The notes under the pieces: generated by a model
The model's database searches: none
What the model saw: only the letters and a program-made list of their open reading frames with translations
What the model was told of the DNA's origin: nothing
Source: Thelocarpon superellum
Taxonomy: Eukaryota
Direction: 5' to 3'
Length of the DNA stretch: 64,000 nucleotides
Assembly: GCA_026025795.1 (NCBI GenBank)
Contig: JAPEUG010000045.1
Coordinates: forward strand, 1 to 64,000
Shown: positions 1 to 13,636 of the stretch, one piece after another
Layout of the letters: each line of letters opens with the position of its first letter
How positions within the stretch are numbered: the first letter of the stretch is position 1
Translations under genes and position numbers: made by a program

Positions 1-303
1 AAGGAAGGAGGAAAGGCGAGGCGGCTAGACACGGGATGGATATGTCGGTACTGGTACTGATGTGAGCATGAGGATTATTTGAAGGAAAGAGCGAAAGAAA
101 GGAGGCGGGGTGGGGTGAAGGGGGGGGGGCGGCACGGGCATGAGAAAGGAGAGGGCGGAGAGGAGAGGCAGGAAAGAAGAGGGGAGGGGGAGTAGATAGA
201 CATTGTGTGACAGCGAGAGTGAGAGCGAGAGAGAACGATGTGAGTATGACCGAAAGTGAAGGGAAAAGGTCTGAATGTGAATGTGAATGTGAATGTGAAT
301 GAG
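1..303. repeat. GA-rich low-complexity tract ending in a (GAATGT)n microsatellite
   Basis: Purine-rich 1-270; GAATGT tandem at ~274-300. Confidence 0.8.
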
Positions 304-724
304 CGAGGACGACTCCCATAATAATCAACAGTCGCGATAACGATAATGATCCTCGCTATTCACATCTCACATCCCACATCTCATTTAACTACTCTCCATT
401 CTCCCATCGATCTTCTGCCCAAGGGAAATCCTACCACTTATCAAGGTCCAGGAGACCGGAACCATACTGGTAATCATCAAAATAATCATAAGCATAAAAG
501 CGAGAAGGATATACACAGACCCCTATCCAACTTGTACCCCTACACTCCACTCCACTCCACTTCATTGCCCTGTGCTGTGCGGTGCTGTGCTGTGCGGTGC
601 GGTGCTCCAACAGGCGATCATAACACGTCCAACCAGCCTGATCCTAAACATGCTCCTGGTAATCGTACTCCACAATGTCCACCATCTCCGCGATCCTGTT
701 CACCAGGAGAAGGCGGCAGGTGAA

Positions 725-2248
725 TCAATGATACGAGATCTTGCGCCGAGTGCTTGGCGTCGGTGCGTCGAAGCCTGTTCCCACCCCTCCGTAACCTCCC
801 ATTTCCATTCCCATTCTTCCACCCATTCCGTGCATCGGTGTATGGGCTGCGTGATGGTACCCTTCACCTGGCACGGAGTAATGCTGCTGCGGCTGCTGCT
901 GCTGCTGCTGCTGATGTTGATGGGAAGGAGGGTATGGAGGGAGGTGAAGCTGAGGAGGAGGATGATGAGGATGCGACGACTGCAGATGCATCTTATTTCG
1001 GATCAAGGCAAAGGCCAGATTCGATGCCGCGATGCAGCTAAAGGCCAAGGCGAGACTGAAAATCTGTATCCACACCGTACCATGTCAGACAGACACTCGC
1101 ATATCCGCTTCATTCTTGGAAAGGAGGGGCATACCATCGCCTTGTAGGAAATTGGCTCGATGAAAGAGTTGAAAATTTCCGCAAAGGTGTGGGCAGACAC
1201 GCGAGCACGGCCCACGGAGCTGGGATCGCGGTTCATGCAGCGCTCCCAGTTGTTGCATACGCTCTCCATGGCGGGCACGCGATTGCTCTTCTCGCACCGA
1301 TTCTCCACGTACTGATGTGCGCACACGGCCATATCGGCCAGCACCTCGGCCCGTGCCTCCTCGCTGGCCTTGTCCACGTCGGATCGGATCGTCGACCAGA
1401 AACTATAGATGATGTAGACGAAGCCGAAGACGAGGAAGAGGTTGAGCGAGAGCTGGGTGTAGTAGGACAGGATGTGCGGGAGCGATGGGTGTGATTCAAG
1501 GCCGGCGAAGAAGGATGCAATGAGACCGCGGGGTGGGGGATGCGATCGGTCACCACGATGGCTGCCCGGCTCGTCGGATTCCTCGGACTCGTAGCCGTCG
1601 CGTCGGGAGAGCATCCGGTTCTCGGCCTCGTGTCGTCGTCGCTTGCGCACCTTGCGGGTGATGGCGTCCGAGTACTTACCCCGCCGGATCTCGCCTCGTC
1701 CGGGCGTCACGCCTCGCTCGTACTGGCTGAAGAGCGATGGCTTCTTTTCCGACTTGCTGCCCACGAACTGCGTCACGGATGTCGTCGGGAGAGGGTTGCC
1801 CCGGATGGTGGCGTTCCGAGATGGACCCTCCGGTGTGTCTTCTGCGTCGGCATTGTCGGGCGATGAGGCCGCCTCGGCGCCTGAGGAACAGAGGTCGATG
1901 TCAAATTTGCGAGGCGTAGTAAAGGATGGGCTGCGGAAGGAGGGGAGTGCGCGAGATCCCGCGGGAGGAGAAAAGAGATAGGTTTGAGACGCGGGCTCCG
2001 TGAGCGTCGGCGGGTTCGCCTTGGTGGGAGATTCAAAGACGCCATGAGTACCTACGCCGTCTACCTTGAGCATCGCCACTGCGGGGAAAGGGGTGGGGTC
2101 GTGCTGGAAACTCACGCTTCTTGGCTTGATTCTTGTTTTGCTCTTGCTTGTAATCGGCGGCTAACCGGTGAAAGGGAGAGGTCTGGTCGGCGGGCCCCGC
2201 GGTCTGCCATTCAAAGTCCATAGGACTTTCATGGCTGCGGCGATCCAT
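725..2248 (-). CDS. BRR6: Nuclear envelope / NPC biogenesis protein of the Brr6/Brl1 family
   Basis: Exons 2248-2116 (MDRRSHESPMDFEWQ), 2051-1135 and 1063-725. Two TM segments flank the 4-Cys motif (CAHQYVENRC...CNNWERCM; RARVSAHTFAEIFNSFIEPISYK). PolyQ in the C-terminus. Confidence 0.9.
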
Positions 2249-2656
2249 CCTGTCTCTCAGCATGAGTCGGCTACAGCTCAGTGGTCAGAGAGTATGGACC
2301 GGGGAGGGGCGATGCCACACGTTTGATATGAATCGCGAGGCTTCCCGCTGCGGGACCGGAGTGGCCGGCGTAGGAGTATGTTACTCGTATGAGTGTTCGT
2401 ACTCGATGTTGCAGCTACCCGGGCCGGTACGGTGGCCGCGTCGGTAAACAAGGACTCGTCGGCCAACGCCACCCAAGCAACAGGAACAACACCGGGTAAG
2501 CAAGGGTAAGGGTCGATCCGGCACATCGCCTTGTTGATACGTCATCCTTCAGACTGGAGCCTCAGCACACGACAGGGTCGACGACATGCCCAACCTCGCG
2601 CAGCACGGTGGGTAGACTGGGCTGGATACGCCGTGACGGCCTGGATGACCGTCAAC

Positions 2657-3883
2657 ATGGTCTATCTATGGCCTTGGAAGGTGTGACCATGCTATCCTCA
2701 AGCCGTCCTGGGTCCTGGTCTCGACTAACGCCGTCAGGGCGACGATGCCTCTCCCGCCTCCTTCGAGCGCGCCCTCTCTACCCTGTCGACCAAAATTGCC
2801 ACCAGCACGGCTCAGCTCGACTCCCTGCGTCAGAGACTGCGACGGTTGAAGGCACTCTGGACGTTGTACGCCATCTTCGCTTACATCCTGGTCGCACTCA
2901 TCCTCATCCTCGTCGTCGGCTGGCAACACTGGGGTGCGATCGAGTATGCGGCGGTCGCAGGGGGGCCGCCGCTCATCTATGCTGTACGTACCCTCATCAC
3001 GGCCTACTACAACTATCGACTATCCCACATCACGTCGCGGCTGGAGGAGCAGCAGAAGGAGAGGGATGCCACGATCGAAAAGCTCAAGGCCGCGACCAAA
3101 TACAATTCGACCCAGCAACTGCTCGACAAGTATGGGGGTTCGTCGGCACAGTCGTCCCCGGCGTCCGGCGGGTCGCAGAAGCGCAAAACGGGCTCGCGAC
3201 CGTCCAACCCCGGCACTCCCCAAGGACGGCCACAGCGGATAGGTTTCATGCCTCCGCCCACGGCGAACATTGCTCGACACACCCCTCCCACCCTCCCGTC
3301 CACGCCACAGCGCTCGCTTCCCTTCCCACCACATGTGGACTCGCCGGCTCTCGCCCAGCGCTCGCATGACACGCCTATCCAGCCGGGGCCCCCCGAGTTC
3401 GCGCCCAATGCCTTCTCCGGGCCGCGCCGATATTCCGGCTCCGCCGAGCCTGGGCCATCACATTGGTACGATCGGATCTTGGACGTGCTCTTGGGCGAAG
3501 ATGAGACATCCCCGCAGAACCGCATGGCCCTAATCTGTCAGCAATGCCGGCTGGTGAACGGACAAGCCCCGGCCGGCGTCAAGAGCCTGGAGGAATTGGG
3601 CCGATGGAAATGCACGAGCTGTGGAGCATGGAATGGAGAGGAGAACGAGGCAAAGAAGTTGGTGGACGAGATGAAGGGCCGCTTGAGAGTGGACGCCGCC
3701 AGTGAGCGCAGTGGTAGTGACGACGACGTCGTCGTCGTCCCACCAGGAGAAGATGCGATGGACACGACCAGTGATAATGCAGAGGTCGAGGCCGAGGCCG
3801 ATGATGGCAGAAAGAGCAGCGAGGGACAAGAGGACCGCGAACGGCCAGTCAGGCGCCGCCCAACACGCCCGAAACGTGGTTAA
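2657..3883 (+). CDS. LNP1: Lunapark, ER tubule junction protein
   Basis: Exon 1 MVYLWPWK (2657-2680), intron 2681-2737, then GDDASPASFE. Two TM helices; WYDRILDVLLGEDE and ALICQQCRLVNG...WKCTSCGAWN zinc ribbon. Confidence 0.93.
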
Positions 3884-4171
3884 GCGGCGTACTCACCGTG
3901 CGTGCTACGACAGTTCCTTGCTATCCCTTTCATGACCTCGACGTAACCTGTGTCATGATACCCGCCAGAGCTTCACTTTCCTTGAGCTCACCCACGGCAA
4001 CCCCTTCGGCCGCACGAAAGCCGGCTGGTTCGATCTCCCTTCGATCTGAGCCTTATCATGTGTTGAGGCAAATATGTGTATTGAATCCTTGGATCCTTCG
4101 ATCGCTGGGGTTCCTAATCTCGCCTAAGATCAGGGAGAGACAAACGACGGCACAGCGGCCGGCACTTGTGG

Positions 4172-4227
4172 GTAGCCGTAGCCGTGGTCGTGGCGGTGGC
4201 CGTAGCCGTAGCCGTAGCCGTAGCCGT
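4172..4227. repeat. (GTAGCC)n degenerate hexamer microsatellite upstream of GCV2
   Basis: gtagccgtagccgtggtcgtggcggtggccgtagccgtagccgtagccgtagccgt. Confidence 0.85.
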
Positions 4228-4438
4228 GCGTGCCAGAACCCGCCGTTACGATGTGACTATGTTCATGTTACAGTTAGCTGCTTGCTAGTGGTAGCTGCAG
4301 TAGTCGCCTCTCGTCGCCCCACTACGTGGACTATATGTGATGCATGCCCCACCACGCCAGCGCGCCCCACGAACGCCATCTCCCACGTCGCAAATTCCCC
4401 TTGCCTTGGGTGCTGGCTGCACGGATTGTCATCCCACC

Positions 4439-7400
4439 ATGGGGGATCGCAACGCCTTGTTGCGCTCCGGTCTCACCGGGCTGAGCCTGCGACTCACGCC
4501 ACCCCGAGCCCGCCGGCCCAGCCTGCGTCGGCCCCTGTCCCTTTCTAATTCCCACGCTCTGCTCCCGTCCCTCGCGGCGAGTCGCGTGTCTCGTCGCACC
4601 TTTTATGCCAGCACCACCGACGACAAAATCAACGCCGATGTACCCGACGATGCAGCCAACCCCTCGCGTCTCTTCGCGCCACTGGATACCTTCTCACGTC
4701 GACACATCGGCCCCACGCCCGCCTCAACCCAGCAGATGCTCCAGGCTCTGCAGCCACCGGTTCAGTCGCTCGACGAATTTGTCCAGCAGGTCCTCCCCCC
4801 GGGCATCTTCTCCTCCAAGAATCTGCGCATCGATGGCCCGCCCTCCACCGCCACCGCCCATCCGGGTCCGACGCAGAACCAGGAGGGCTTCTCTGAGAGC
4901 CAATTGATCGCTCGCCTCGGGCAGATTGCCCGTGGAAACCGCGTTCTCCGCAGCTACATCGGCTGTGGATATGCCGGCACGCGAGTGCCCGAGGTCATCA
5001 AGCGGAATGTCTTGGAGAGTCCGGGCTGGTATACCAGCTATACCCCCTATCAGCCAGAGATCAGCCAGGGCCGACTGGAGTCACTGCTCAACTTCCAGAC
5101 CATGGTGTCGGACCTGACCGCCCTCGCCATCTCCAATGCCTCGGTCTTGGATGAATCCACCGCCGCCGCTGAAGCCATGACCATGTCCCTTAACGCGCTG
5201 CCTACAGCCCGGCAGAAACGACTTGACAAGACCTATCTGGTCTCCCATCTGGTCCACCCGCAGACCACCGCCGTGCTCCGGTCCCGTGCCGAGGGTTTTG
5301 GCATCACGATCGAGGTCGCGGATGTCATGGCGCATGGCGGACGACGGGTCCAAGATCTGGGTCAAGACTTGGTGGGCGTCTTGGTCCAATACCCGGACAC
5401 TGAGGGCGGCGTCGAGGACTTCAAGGCCCTGTCCAAGACCATCCATGACCTTGGCGCCACTTTCTGTGTCGCCACCGATCTCCTGGCGCTGACCGTCCTG
5501 ACGCCCCCGGGCGAGTTTGGCGCGGACATTGCGTTTGGAAACGCACAGCGCTTCGGCGTTCCCTTCGGCTATGGCGGACCACACGCCGCCTTCTTTGCCT
5601 GCAGCGAGCAGCACAAGCGCAAGATTCCCGGACGCCTCGTCGGCGTCTCGAAAGATCGTTTGGGCAACCGGGCATTACGCTTGGCCTTGCAGACGAGAGA
5701 ACAGCATATCCGGCGGGAGAAGGCGACGAGTAACATCTGCACCGCCCAGGCCCTGCTCGCTAACATGAGCGCCTTCTACGCCATCTATCATGGTCCTCAC
5801 GGGCTCAGGGCTATAGCGGAGCACGTTGTTGGTCAGACGCGTGTCTTGGAAGAGGCCGTGCGGCGCATGGGCTTTTCCACGGGGTCGAGAGGAAAGGGAT
5901 CCGATGGCAGAGCTCTCTTCGACACGATTGTGGTGCACGTCGGACCCGGCCGGGCGAAAGAGATCGTCGCATGGGGGGCGGAGCACAAGAAGATCAACCT
6001 ACGACTCGTTGACGACGAGCGGGTTGGCGTGACACTGGATGAGACGGCGACGAAAGAGGACGTGACGGACATTTCGTCCATCTTCCGTAACTTCGCCCTT
6101 CAGCCTGATGATTCGCATGTGGAGGCGATAGTGGAGGAGCTGGATGTGGGCGCGGTAGCCCCTCCCTCCCTTCGACGGACCTCATCCTACCTGACCCATC
6201 CCGTCTTCAACGCCCATCACTCCGAGACCGAGCTGCTTCGGTACATTCATCACCTGCAGTCGCGCGATCTGTCCCTCACCCACTCGATGGTCCCGTTGGG
6301 ATCGTGCACGATGAAGCTCAATGCCACCACTGAGATGATCCCCGTCTCCTGGCCCGAGTTCTCTTCGATACATCCTTTTGTGCCCGCCGACCAAGCCAAA
6401 GGTTACCGGGTGCTCATCGACGAGCTGGAGAAAGATCTCGCCGAGATCACGGGATTTGATGCCGTCTCGCTGCAACCCAATTCCGGGGCGCAGGGCGAGT
6501 TCACGGGTCTCCGGGTGATCCGGAAATACCTTGAAGGTCAGCCGGGCAAGAAGAGGGATATCTGCTTGATTCCCGTGTCGGCCCACGGGACGAATCCGGC
6601 CAGTGCGGCCATGGCCGGCATGCGGGTGGTGACGATCAAGTGCGAGCCCGGCACGGGGAACCTGGACATGGCCGACCTGACGGCCAAGTGCGAGAAGTAT
6701 GCCGAGGAGCTGGGAGCGATCATGATCACCTATCCAAGCACCTTTGGCGTCTTTGAGCCCGAGGTCAAGCAGGCCTGCGACGTCGTTCACGCGCACGGAG
6801 GCCAAGTCTACATGGATGGAGCCAACCTGAACGCGCAAATTGGCCTGTGTACTCCAGGAGAGATCGGGGCCGATGTGTGCCATCTGAACCTGCACAAGAC
6901 CTTTTGCATTCCCCACGGCGGGGGAGGACCCGGCGTCGGTCCCATCGGGGTGAAGAGCCACCTTGCACCCTTCCTACCAGGCCACCCGCTGGTGGCGACG
7001 GGAGGAGAGAAAGGCATCGCTCCCGTCAGTGCAGCGCCTTGGGGCAATGCCAGCATCCTGCCAATCAGCTGGGCCTACATCAAGATGATGGGTAAGACGA
7101 TCTTTTGCTCCGTCGTGACCAATCTGACCCTTTCCATAGGTGGTCGCGGCTTGACCCACGCCACCAAGATCACCCTGCTCAACGCCAACTACATCCTCTC
7201 TCGTCTCTCTCCACACTATCCCATCTTGTACACCAACTCATCTTCACGATGCGCACACGAGTTCATTCTCGATGTTCGAAAGTTCAAGGAGACGGCGGGC
7301 GTCGAAGCCATCGACGTTGCCAAACGCCTGCAAGACTATGGCTTCCACGCGCCCACCATGTCCTGGCCCGTCGCCAACACCTTGATGATCGAGCCCACCG

Positions 7401-7758
7401 AGTCGGAAGATAAGGAGGAACTGGATCGATTCTGCGATGCCTTGATCGAGATCCGCAAGGAGATTCGGGAAGTCGAGGACTCGCAGCAGCCGCGCGAGGG
7501 CAACGTGCTGAAGATGGCGCCCCACACCGTCGGCGACTTGACTCGTGAGAACTGGGACCGGAGCTATGGACGAGAGAAGGCAGCCTATCCTCTCCCGTGG
7601 CTGAGAGAGAAGAAGTTTTGGCCCAGCGTGACGCGATTGGATGATGGTGAGATTCTCCTGTGTCTATGCTAAACGTAGTTGCTGATGAAGACATGACAGC
7701 CTACGGCGATATGAATCTCTTCTGTAGCTGCGCGCCGGTTGACTCCATCGAGGGGTAG
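4439..7758 (+). CDS. GCV2: Glycine dehydrogenase (decarboxylating), glycine cleavage P protein, mitochondrial
   Basis: YTPYQPEISQGRLE, TREQHIRREKATSNICTAQALLA, HLNLHKTFCIPHGGGGPG. Introns 7092-7139 (48 nt, in frame) and 7647-7699. Last exon gives AYGDMNLFCSC...EG*. Confidence 0.98.
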
Positions 7759-8272
7759 GAGATACGGGATCTATCCGACTCTGCGATTATGCTCTAGATT
7801 TCCTTGTTGGCGCATGCATCTGATAGGATATGGCCATCGAACATGACCAGGCATGTCATGTTTTTCTTCAATTTTCATTTTCGTCTACGTCGTCCTCCTC
7901 CTCGTGAGCGCAATATCCGGCTGGCATTACCAGCGCGTTTTCAACATCGGCATAGAGAAAGGGCTGCGCTTGATCGAGGCAGCGGGAGAGAGCGTCCATC
8001 TGTAGACCGTACCGGGTTTCAACGACCCCTAGATTTGGGCGGGCGGTGATCTTGTCCATCTCTCTTCTCTTTATATCTCTACCCTCGTCAGATCGACGGG
8101 GCATCAGAATACGAAGAGATCGTCTGAGAAGTATCTTGGAAGATTAGAAGGGCATAGATATATAGAGTAAATAGAGTGGAGGCCATGGCCCCCCAGAGTC
8201 ACATTACTGTCATGTCATCGTTCTACACATTAAAGCCCAACATGACTCATATCACGCTTCTCGTTCCCAGTG

Positions 8273-10046
8273 TCAAGCATGACCGTTGACTTCCACGGCC
8301 TGTCCATCTGCACCGCCCCGCACAACCGTCTGCACGCTCTCCAGCAGAAGCTTAAACGCCTTGCGCAGGAACGGCTCCTCGGCCTTCGGGTTCGCACTGA
8401 CGAGTCGAATGGCGTAGATGCCCGCCACGACGCTCGACGTCAGGTAGATCTCGCCCTGGCGGTTGATGGATTCGTAGGCTCGGCGCGTCAGGTCGTTGCT
8501 TTCCTCCAACTGGCTCTTCTTGCTCTTGCCGTTGTTCTCCTCCCCCACGCTTCCCTCCAGCTGGTGGTACCCCTCCGGCACGACGATGTTAAACACATTG
8601 AGCGCAAACGCTGGCTTCGTCAACACCCGGAACACGTCCGGGCGCGAAAGGAGTAGCTCGTGGAAGAGCAGGCCGAGCCGGACGTGTTTCCGAATATGCG
8701 TCTTCAGCCCTTCTACGCCGTAGCTGCGCAGCACGAACCAGATCTTGAGCGAGCGGAAGCGCCGGCCCAGTGGGATCTGCCAGTCGCGGTAGTCCGTGAC
8801 GAGGCCGCCGTCAGAGTAGGAGCTTCGCAGATATGACGGCGTGACGGATAGCGCATCGACCAGGTGTCGTCGCTGCTTGATGTAGAGGCAACTACGTCGT
8901 TTGGTGTTAGTATTGTGAGTGAAGCGGGAGGAGTTGATAGCACGGGAAATATAGGGGAAGGGGGCGGAGGATCGGGAGAGGGTCACGGCATGCTTACCTC
9001 GCGTCGAAATTCGTTAAGAGCCACTTGTGCATGTTGACGTCGAAGCTGTCAAAAGAGGTGAAATGTGCGGTGAGATGGTGGTATTCCTCGCACACGAGCG
9101 CCGCCCCCGCGTATGCGGCATCAACGTGTGTCCAGACAAGCGGATGGGCTTTCAAGACGTCGGCGATCTCGGCGAAATCGTCCACGGCGCAGGTGGCCGT
9201 CGACCCGAGCGTCGCCGTCAGGTAGAAGGGTTCCAGTCCCTCTCGCTCGCACGCCTCGAGGGTGTCCCTCAGCGACTGGCCCTTCATGGCGAAGTCGTCC
9301 TTGGCGAATGTTTCCACGGTGCGGAATCGCGTCCCCGCTATCAACGCCCCCTTGTGCGTGCTGCTGTGCGCCTGGTCGCTGCCCAGCGCGACGAGTTTCC
9401 CGCGCTTGGTCGCAATGGCCTCTTCCCTCTCTGCGCCCATCAGATGTGTCGTCGTGTCACGAAGGTACCGCTCCCGCGCTGCGACCATGACGGTCACGAT
9501 CGCTTCGGATGCGGAGCCTTGGATCACGCCGCCGCCTTCGCCGCTCGAGAGGTAGCAAGGAGGGAGGTTGAAGAGCTTGGCCAGCCAGTCCAGCATCACT
9601 GTCTCAAGCTCCGTCACGGCCGGAGAACATATCCAGTTAAACGCCGGAGCCGTGAAGGCCGCAGAGTACAGCTCGCCCAGCATGCCGGGGAAGGTCGACG
9701 ACGCGGGGTAGAAGGCCATGAAATTCGGGGACTGCCTGGTCCCATCTCAGTGACTGTTCGTCTGGAAGAAGAGGGTGGAACATACCAATGGGTGAGACCA
9801 GGCATGATCTTCGTCTCAATGTCCTGTTGGATGTCTTCCCATCTCTCCCCCTTCTCGGGCGGTCCGTCGGGAAGAAGTTTGCGGAGGTACCCTGGCTCCA
9901 CGTTCGAGACGACCCGCCGTTCCTGTATGTTGTCATAGTAGTGTATTACTGGGACAGTCAGAAGTGTTTTGGAATCTCCGAATATTTCTCCGCTCACTCT
10001 CGTCTATTGCTGAACGGGCTGCTTCCCTGAACTGGCTGGAATCCAT
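8273..10046 (-). CDS. Aromatic-L-amino-acid decarboxylase (group II PLP-dependent)
   Basis: MDSSQFREAARSAIDE start; PGLTHW, SPAVTELE, HVDAAYAG, NMHKWLLTNFDA (PLP lysine), DWQIPLGRRFRSLKIW. Three introns. Confidence 0.95.
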
Positions 10047-10710
10047 CGTGGAGAGATGATCATGGGGTGGAGTCGACGGCACTGTGTTTCCACGCAGAGA
10101 AATGTTTAGAACCTGACGGATTGCTCAACAAGTCTAGATCAAGCAGGAGCGTTAAATACACAGAAAGTGGCAAGGTCATGGGAACCTCGCAGGAAAAAAC
10201 TTGAGTCGAGAATAAATAAGTCGTGGTCATGTTGGGTCAGCTAATCAATGAGCTTGTATGCCGAAGGGCGCACTCCGAAACTCACGCATCGATTAGTCCT
10301 GCGAGGTGAGATGATTTGGGGCCAGGAGAGAGAACCGGGCCGAACTTGACGAGGAGAAGGGTCTATATGGACGCATGCTAGGACTTAAACGGTCCTGTTA
10401 TTGCAACAGGGATCGTATTTGCTGCTCCGTTCCCTTCGCTGCAGGAAATCTATGGTACCTAGACTGGGCGACCTCCAGTCGGCCTCATAGCACGAGAGTA
10501 AACTAGCGGGACCGCCACGTTTAATGTCGTACGAGATGTCCCTTCACCCGTGGACCAATGACGCACATAGGCTGTACAATGTACACTACGTGAGTGAATA
10601 GCTTTGTACAGTGTACATGCAGTTATTATTGTCCATCTCTAGGCAGGATGCAGGCCTACAATTGTCTTGGTACCCGAGATGCTACACCCAAAACCGGTAG
10701 GCACGGCTTA

Positions 10711-11156
10711 GTGAGGCAACAGCTACGTGAGTGAATAGCTTTGCAACAATAGCCATCACGAAAGTGACCCCTATCTCCATAGTTTCCACCATCGTATGAT
10801 GATCGGCCCTCCCGGAAGGAAGAGGACACACGCTAAAACGAGGTACCAGCTCCCTGTCGGACCCGTCCATCCTAAGAAAATCCAACACCACCACCGGTTG
10901 CCCGTCGAAAGGCACTGCGTCGTACTATAACATAACGCTTGATGGTGAGTCTGTTCATTGTGTCCGGTACTACAACCGCTAACTCCAGTCAGGCAAGGAC
11001 ATTAAGGACGCCGCCTGGTCTTACCCCGCGCCGGTTGAGAAGGCCAAGCATATCAAGGACCATGTTGCCTTTTGTGAGTCAGCCTCTCCTTCCTCTATGG
11101 TGGACAATCATCAACAGGGTTCGGACAAGTCCAAGGTGACGGTGAGCTCAGACTGA
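10711..11156 (+). pseudogene. DUF427-domain gene, probably degenerate
   Basis: Exons 10783-10793, 10850-10944, 10993-11073 and 11125-11156 give FPPSSLSDPSILRKSNTTTGCPSKGTASYYNITLDGKDIKDAAWSYPAPVEKAKHIKDHVAFYKSKVTVSSD*. No intact first exon. The family CPWKG motif reads CPSKG. The expected last acceptor reads CGG. Confidence 0.7.
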
Positions 11157-11567
11157 ATGCTTCTCGCCGCTGATCATGCGGAAATACCATCATTAAAGCA
11201 GACGATCTGCTGCAGACCGTCGATGGAATAGCATTCTGTCCAAAAGCAAAAATCAAACCAAAAGCGACCAATATCGAGACCCGCCGTAGAACCATTACAT
11301 CTCCATAACCACCAGTGGACTAAGCTGGATCTAAAACAACCAGCAAAAGATCGTCGGCCCCGCACAGAATCGAACTGTGAACCTCCCGGTTTATGGAGAA
11401 TGCTGATGTAATAACAGCCGGACGCGCTAACCAATTGCGCCACAAGGCCAATCTTAACGGCAATGTCTGCTAATCAATACATATACCCTGGTACTCAGTC
11501 GTGTCTCGACGTCGCGACTTTTCTTCTTGAGACCCAGCATCGAGATGCACACGTTGGGGTGCTCACC

Positions 11568-12698
11568 ATGGCGGAAGTCGAGACTCAATACGAGGATAGC
11601 AATCGAGCCTTCCTCCAGGCATTCCTTGCACGGGGGACACTTACTTTCGAAGAAGCCAAGCCTCTTCTTGCCGCCATCTTCTCTGCACATGGTACGTTGG
11701 ACGGAATAACCCCCCACATTGCCCCGCTCAACCAAGACTTACGGGGTATCATGGCACGGCGTAGAAGGACGAGAGACCGCACCGGCGGCCGTGACAGAAG
11801 AAGACTTCAACTCCTTCGTCGCTGCCGCCAACGATGCCATTTCACCTTTCGATCTGGCCATTCGAAGCGGTCGGTCGCAGCATGACCGCACGCGCATCTT
11901 CGCGCTGGTCAACACCACCTCTGACCCCATCACCCAGCTAGCCACGACACATTCCGCGGACGAGATATCCTACCTGAAACGCCTGCTCGATGCCATGTTT
12001 GAAACGTACAATACGCAGCGGCAGGAGGTGCTTGCCATCCAATCCATGCCTGCGGTGCGCCTCCACAAAGCCCCGGCGGACTCTTCGCGCGAGACGCAAA
12101 ATGGTGGCGCGACGCAGGGCAGCGGAGGGCAGGGACTGTCGATGATTGCGGCGGAGACGATGCTCCAGGAGCTGGTGCAAGAGGGGTGGTTCGAGAAGAG
12201 CAAGGCGGGCTTCTACTCGTTGAGTCCGCGCGCCTTGATCGAGTTGAAGTTCTACCTTGTTTCAACATACAATGCCGTAGACGAAGAGGATGAGCTGGAA
12301 GATGACGGGGGAGGGGGAGGGGAACGGCAGGAGAGAGTCAAACTCTGTGAGGCCTGCAAGGAGATCGTCACCGTGGTGAGGAGACTCGAGGAGTGTCCAG
12401 CGAAGGAGAAAGATGTGCTGATGAAGACATACAGGGTCAACGATGTCCGAACCCCGAATGTGGGTGTCGACTTCACAACATTTGTACGCAAGGATTCTTC
12501 ACGGTTCGAAGATCCGAGCAGTGTCCGAGGTGCAATGCGGAATGGACGGGCCGGAACTACGTCGGCGAGAAGGCCATTACAACGACGGAGGCCTGGCAGA
12601 AAGGTCGGCGAAGAAGCGGTCATGACAACCGCCCTCGAGCCGGCAGACCTTCTCAGGCTGCCGTCGACGACGCGGATGGAACGGTCGAGGAGGATTAG
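11568..12698 (+). CDS. NSE1: Smc5/6 complex non-SMC subunit Nse1
   Basis: RAFLQAFLARG, ALVNTTSDPITQLAT, LSPRALIEL; RING CEACKEIVT-GQRC...LHNIC...CPRC. Introns ~11692-11764 and 12376-12434. Confidence 0.92.
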
Positions 12699-12953
12699 CG
12701 TGGTTGAGTTCTGGGCTGACTTGATGCATCTGAGGGCGACGGGGCGAATGGTCAGATTGGGAATGGAGGTTCATAGTGAAATTCTGACAGATTACGCTAG
12801 ACACTGCTCCAGAATCTTCCTGTTCCCGGCCTGGAAAGACACCCAGACGCCACCGATGCCTGTACAGCCGCGTAGCATATTGAGTCAACGCCTTGAATCG
12901 GCGGGTGGCTGAAATGAAAATGGACAGGGGTAAATGGCCGCATGACCCCGCCT

Positions 12954-13636
12954 TCAATCCGATCCCGGTGGAACCTGCTCGTATTTGACACGCGCTCCTG
13001 CAAATAGTTCCTCTTGCTGTCGTAACAGTTCGGCCTCTGACAATCCACTCTGTTCCAACTTGGATTGCTTTTTCTCTCTTGTCTGTAGCAAGGTCAGTGG
13101 TGAACAGTGCGGTGATGGGTCGACGAGGCCCCGCGGTCAATGATGCCGCCAACTGCTGAGTGACTAGAGAGGCTTACCTTTTGCTGTTCCTTGTGTTCGC
13201 TAGCGACCTCTAGAACTTCCTCTATATATTCATGGAAGCCAAGATCTTCCAAAGCGCGCGTGACGTGCTCACAGGCAATGGTCTTCTTGGCTTCCTTCTC
13301 GGCAATGTCATTGGCTTCGGAGGAGATGAGCGTGATGAATTCCACGCAGCATTCGATGAGTAAGTCTCGTGCATCTTTGGCAAAGGTTTGGCCGGACGAA
13401 GCGGGGATTATCTCGGTGATGATCTTTTGTACCGTTGCTGCGAGACGCGGTTAGCTCGATGGTCCTCCGAAGAGTGGTGTGTGTGTCCTTTCGGGAGGTC
13501 ATGTACCTTTGGGCAACGATAGGTCGTCGGCCCCTGTAGATGCTCATCAGCAAGCGCCGCAAATATAAGATCCGAGCGAGGATGGCAGAGCTTCCTTCTC
13601 TCCCGCTGACTTACCTCCGAACTCCTTGTCCGACAT
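12954..13636 (-). CDS. NCB2: Negative cofactor 2 beta (Dr1), histone fold
   Basis: MSDKEFG / DDLSLPK / ATVQKII...ARDLLIECCVEFITLISSEANDIAEKEAKKTIACEHV / TREKKQSKLEQSGLSEAELLRQQEELF. Three introns. Confidence 0.95.

Noticed and set aside
346..1147. Plus-strand ORFs 346-723 and 572-1147
   Set aside because: They derive from microsatellites and the antisense of the BRR6 last exon and 3' UTR.
4439..10046. Two adjacent PLP-dependent decarboxylases as a metabolic cluster
   Set aside because: Unrelated pathways and no accompanying tailoring, transport or regulator genes; likely coincidence.
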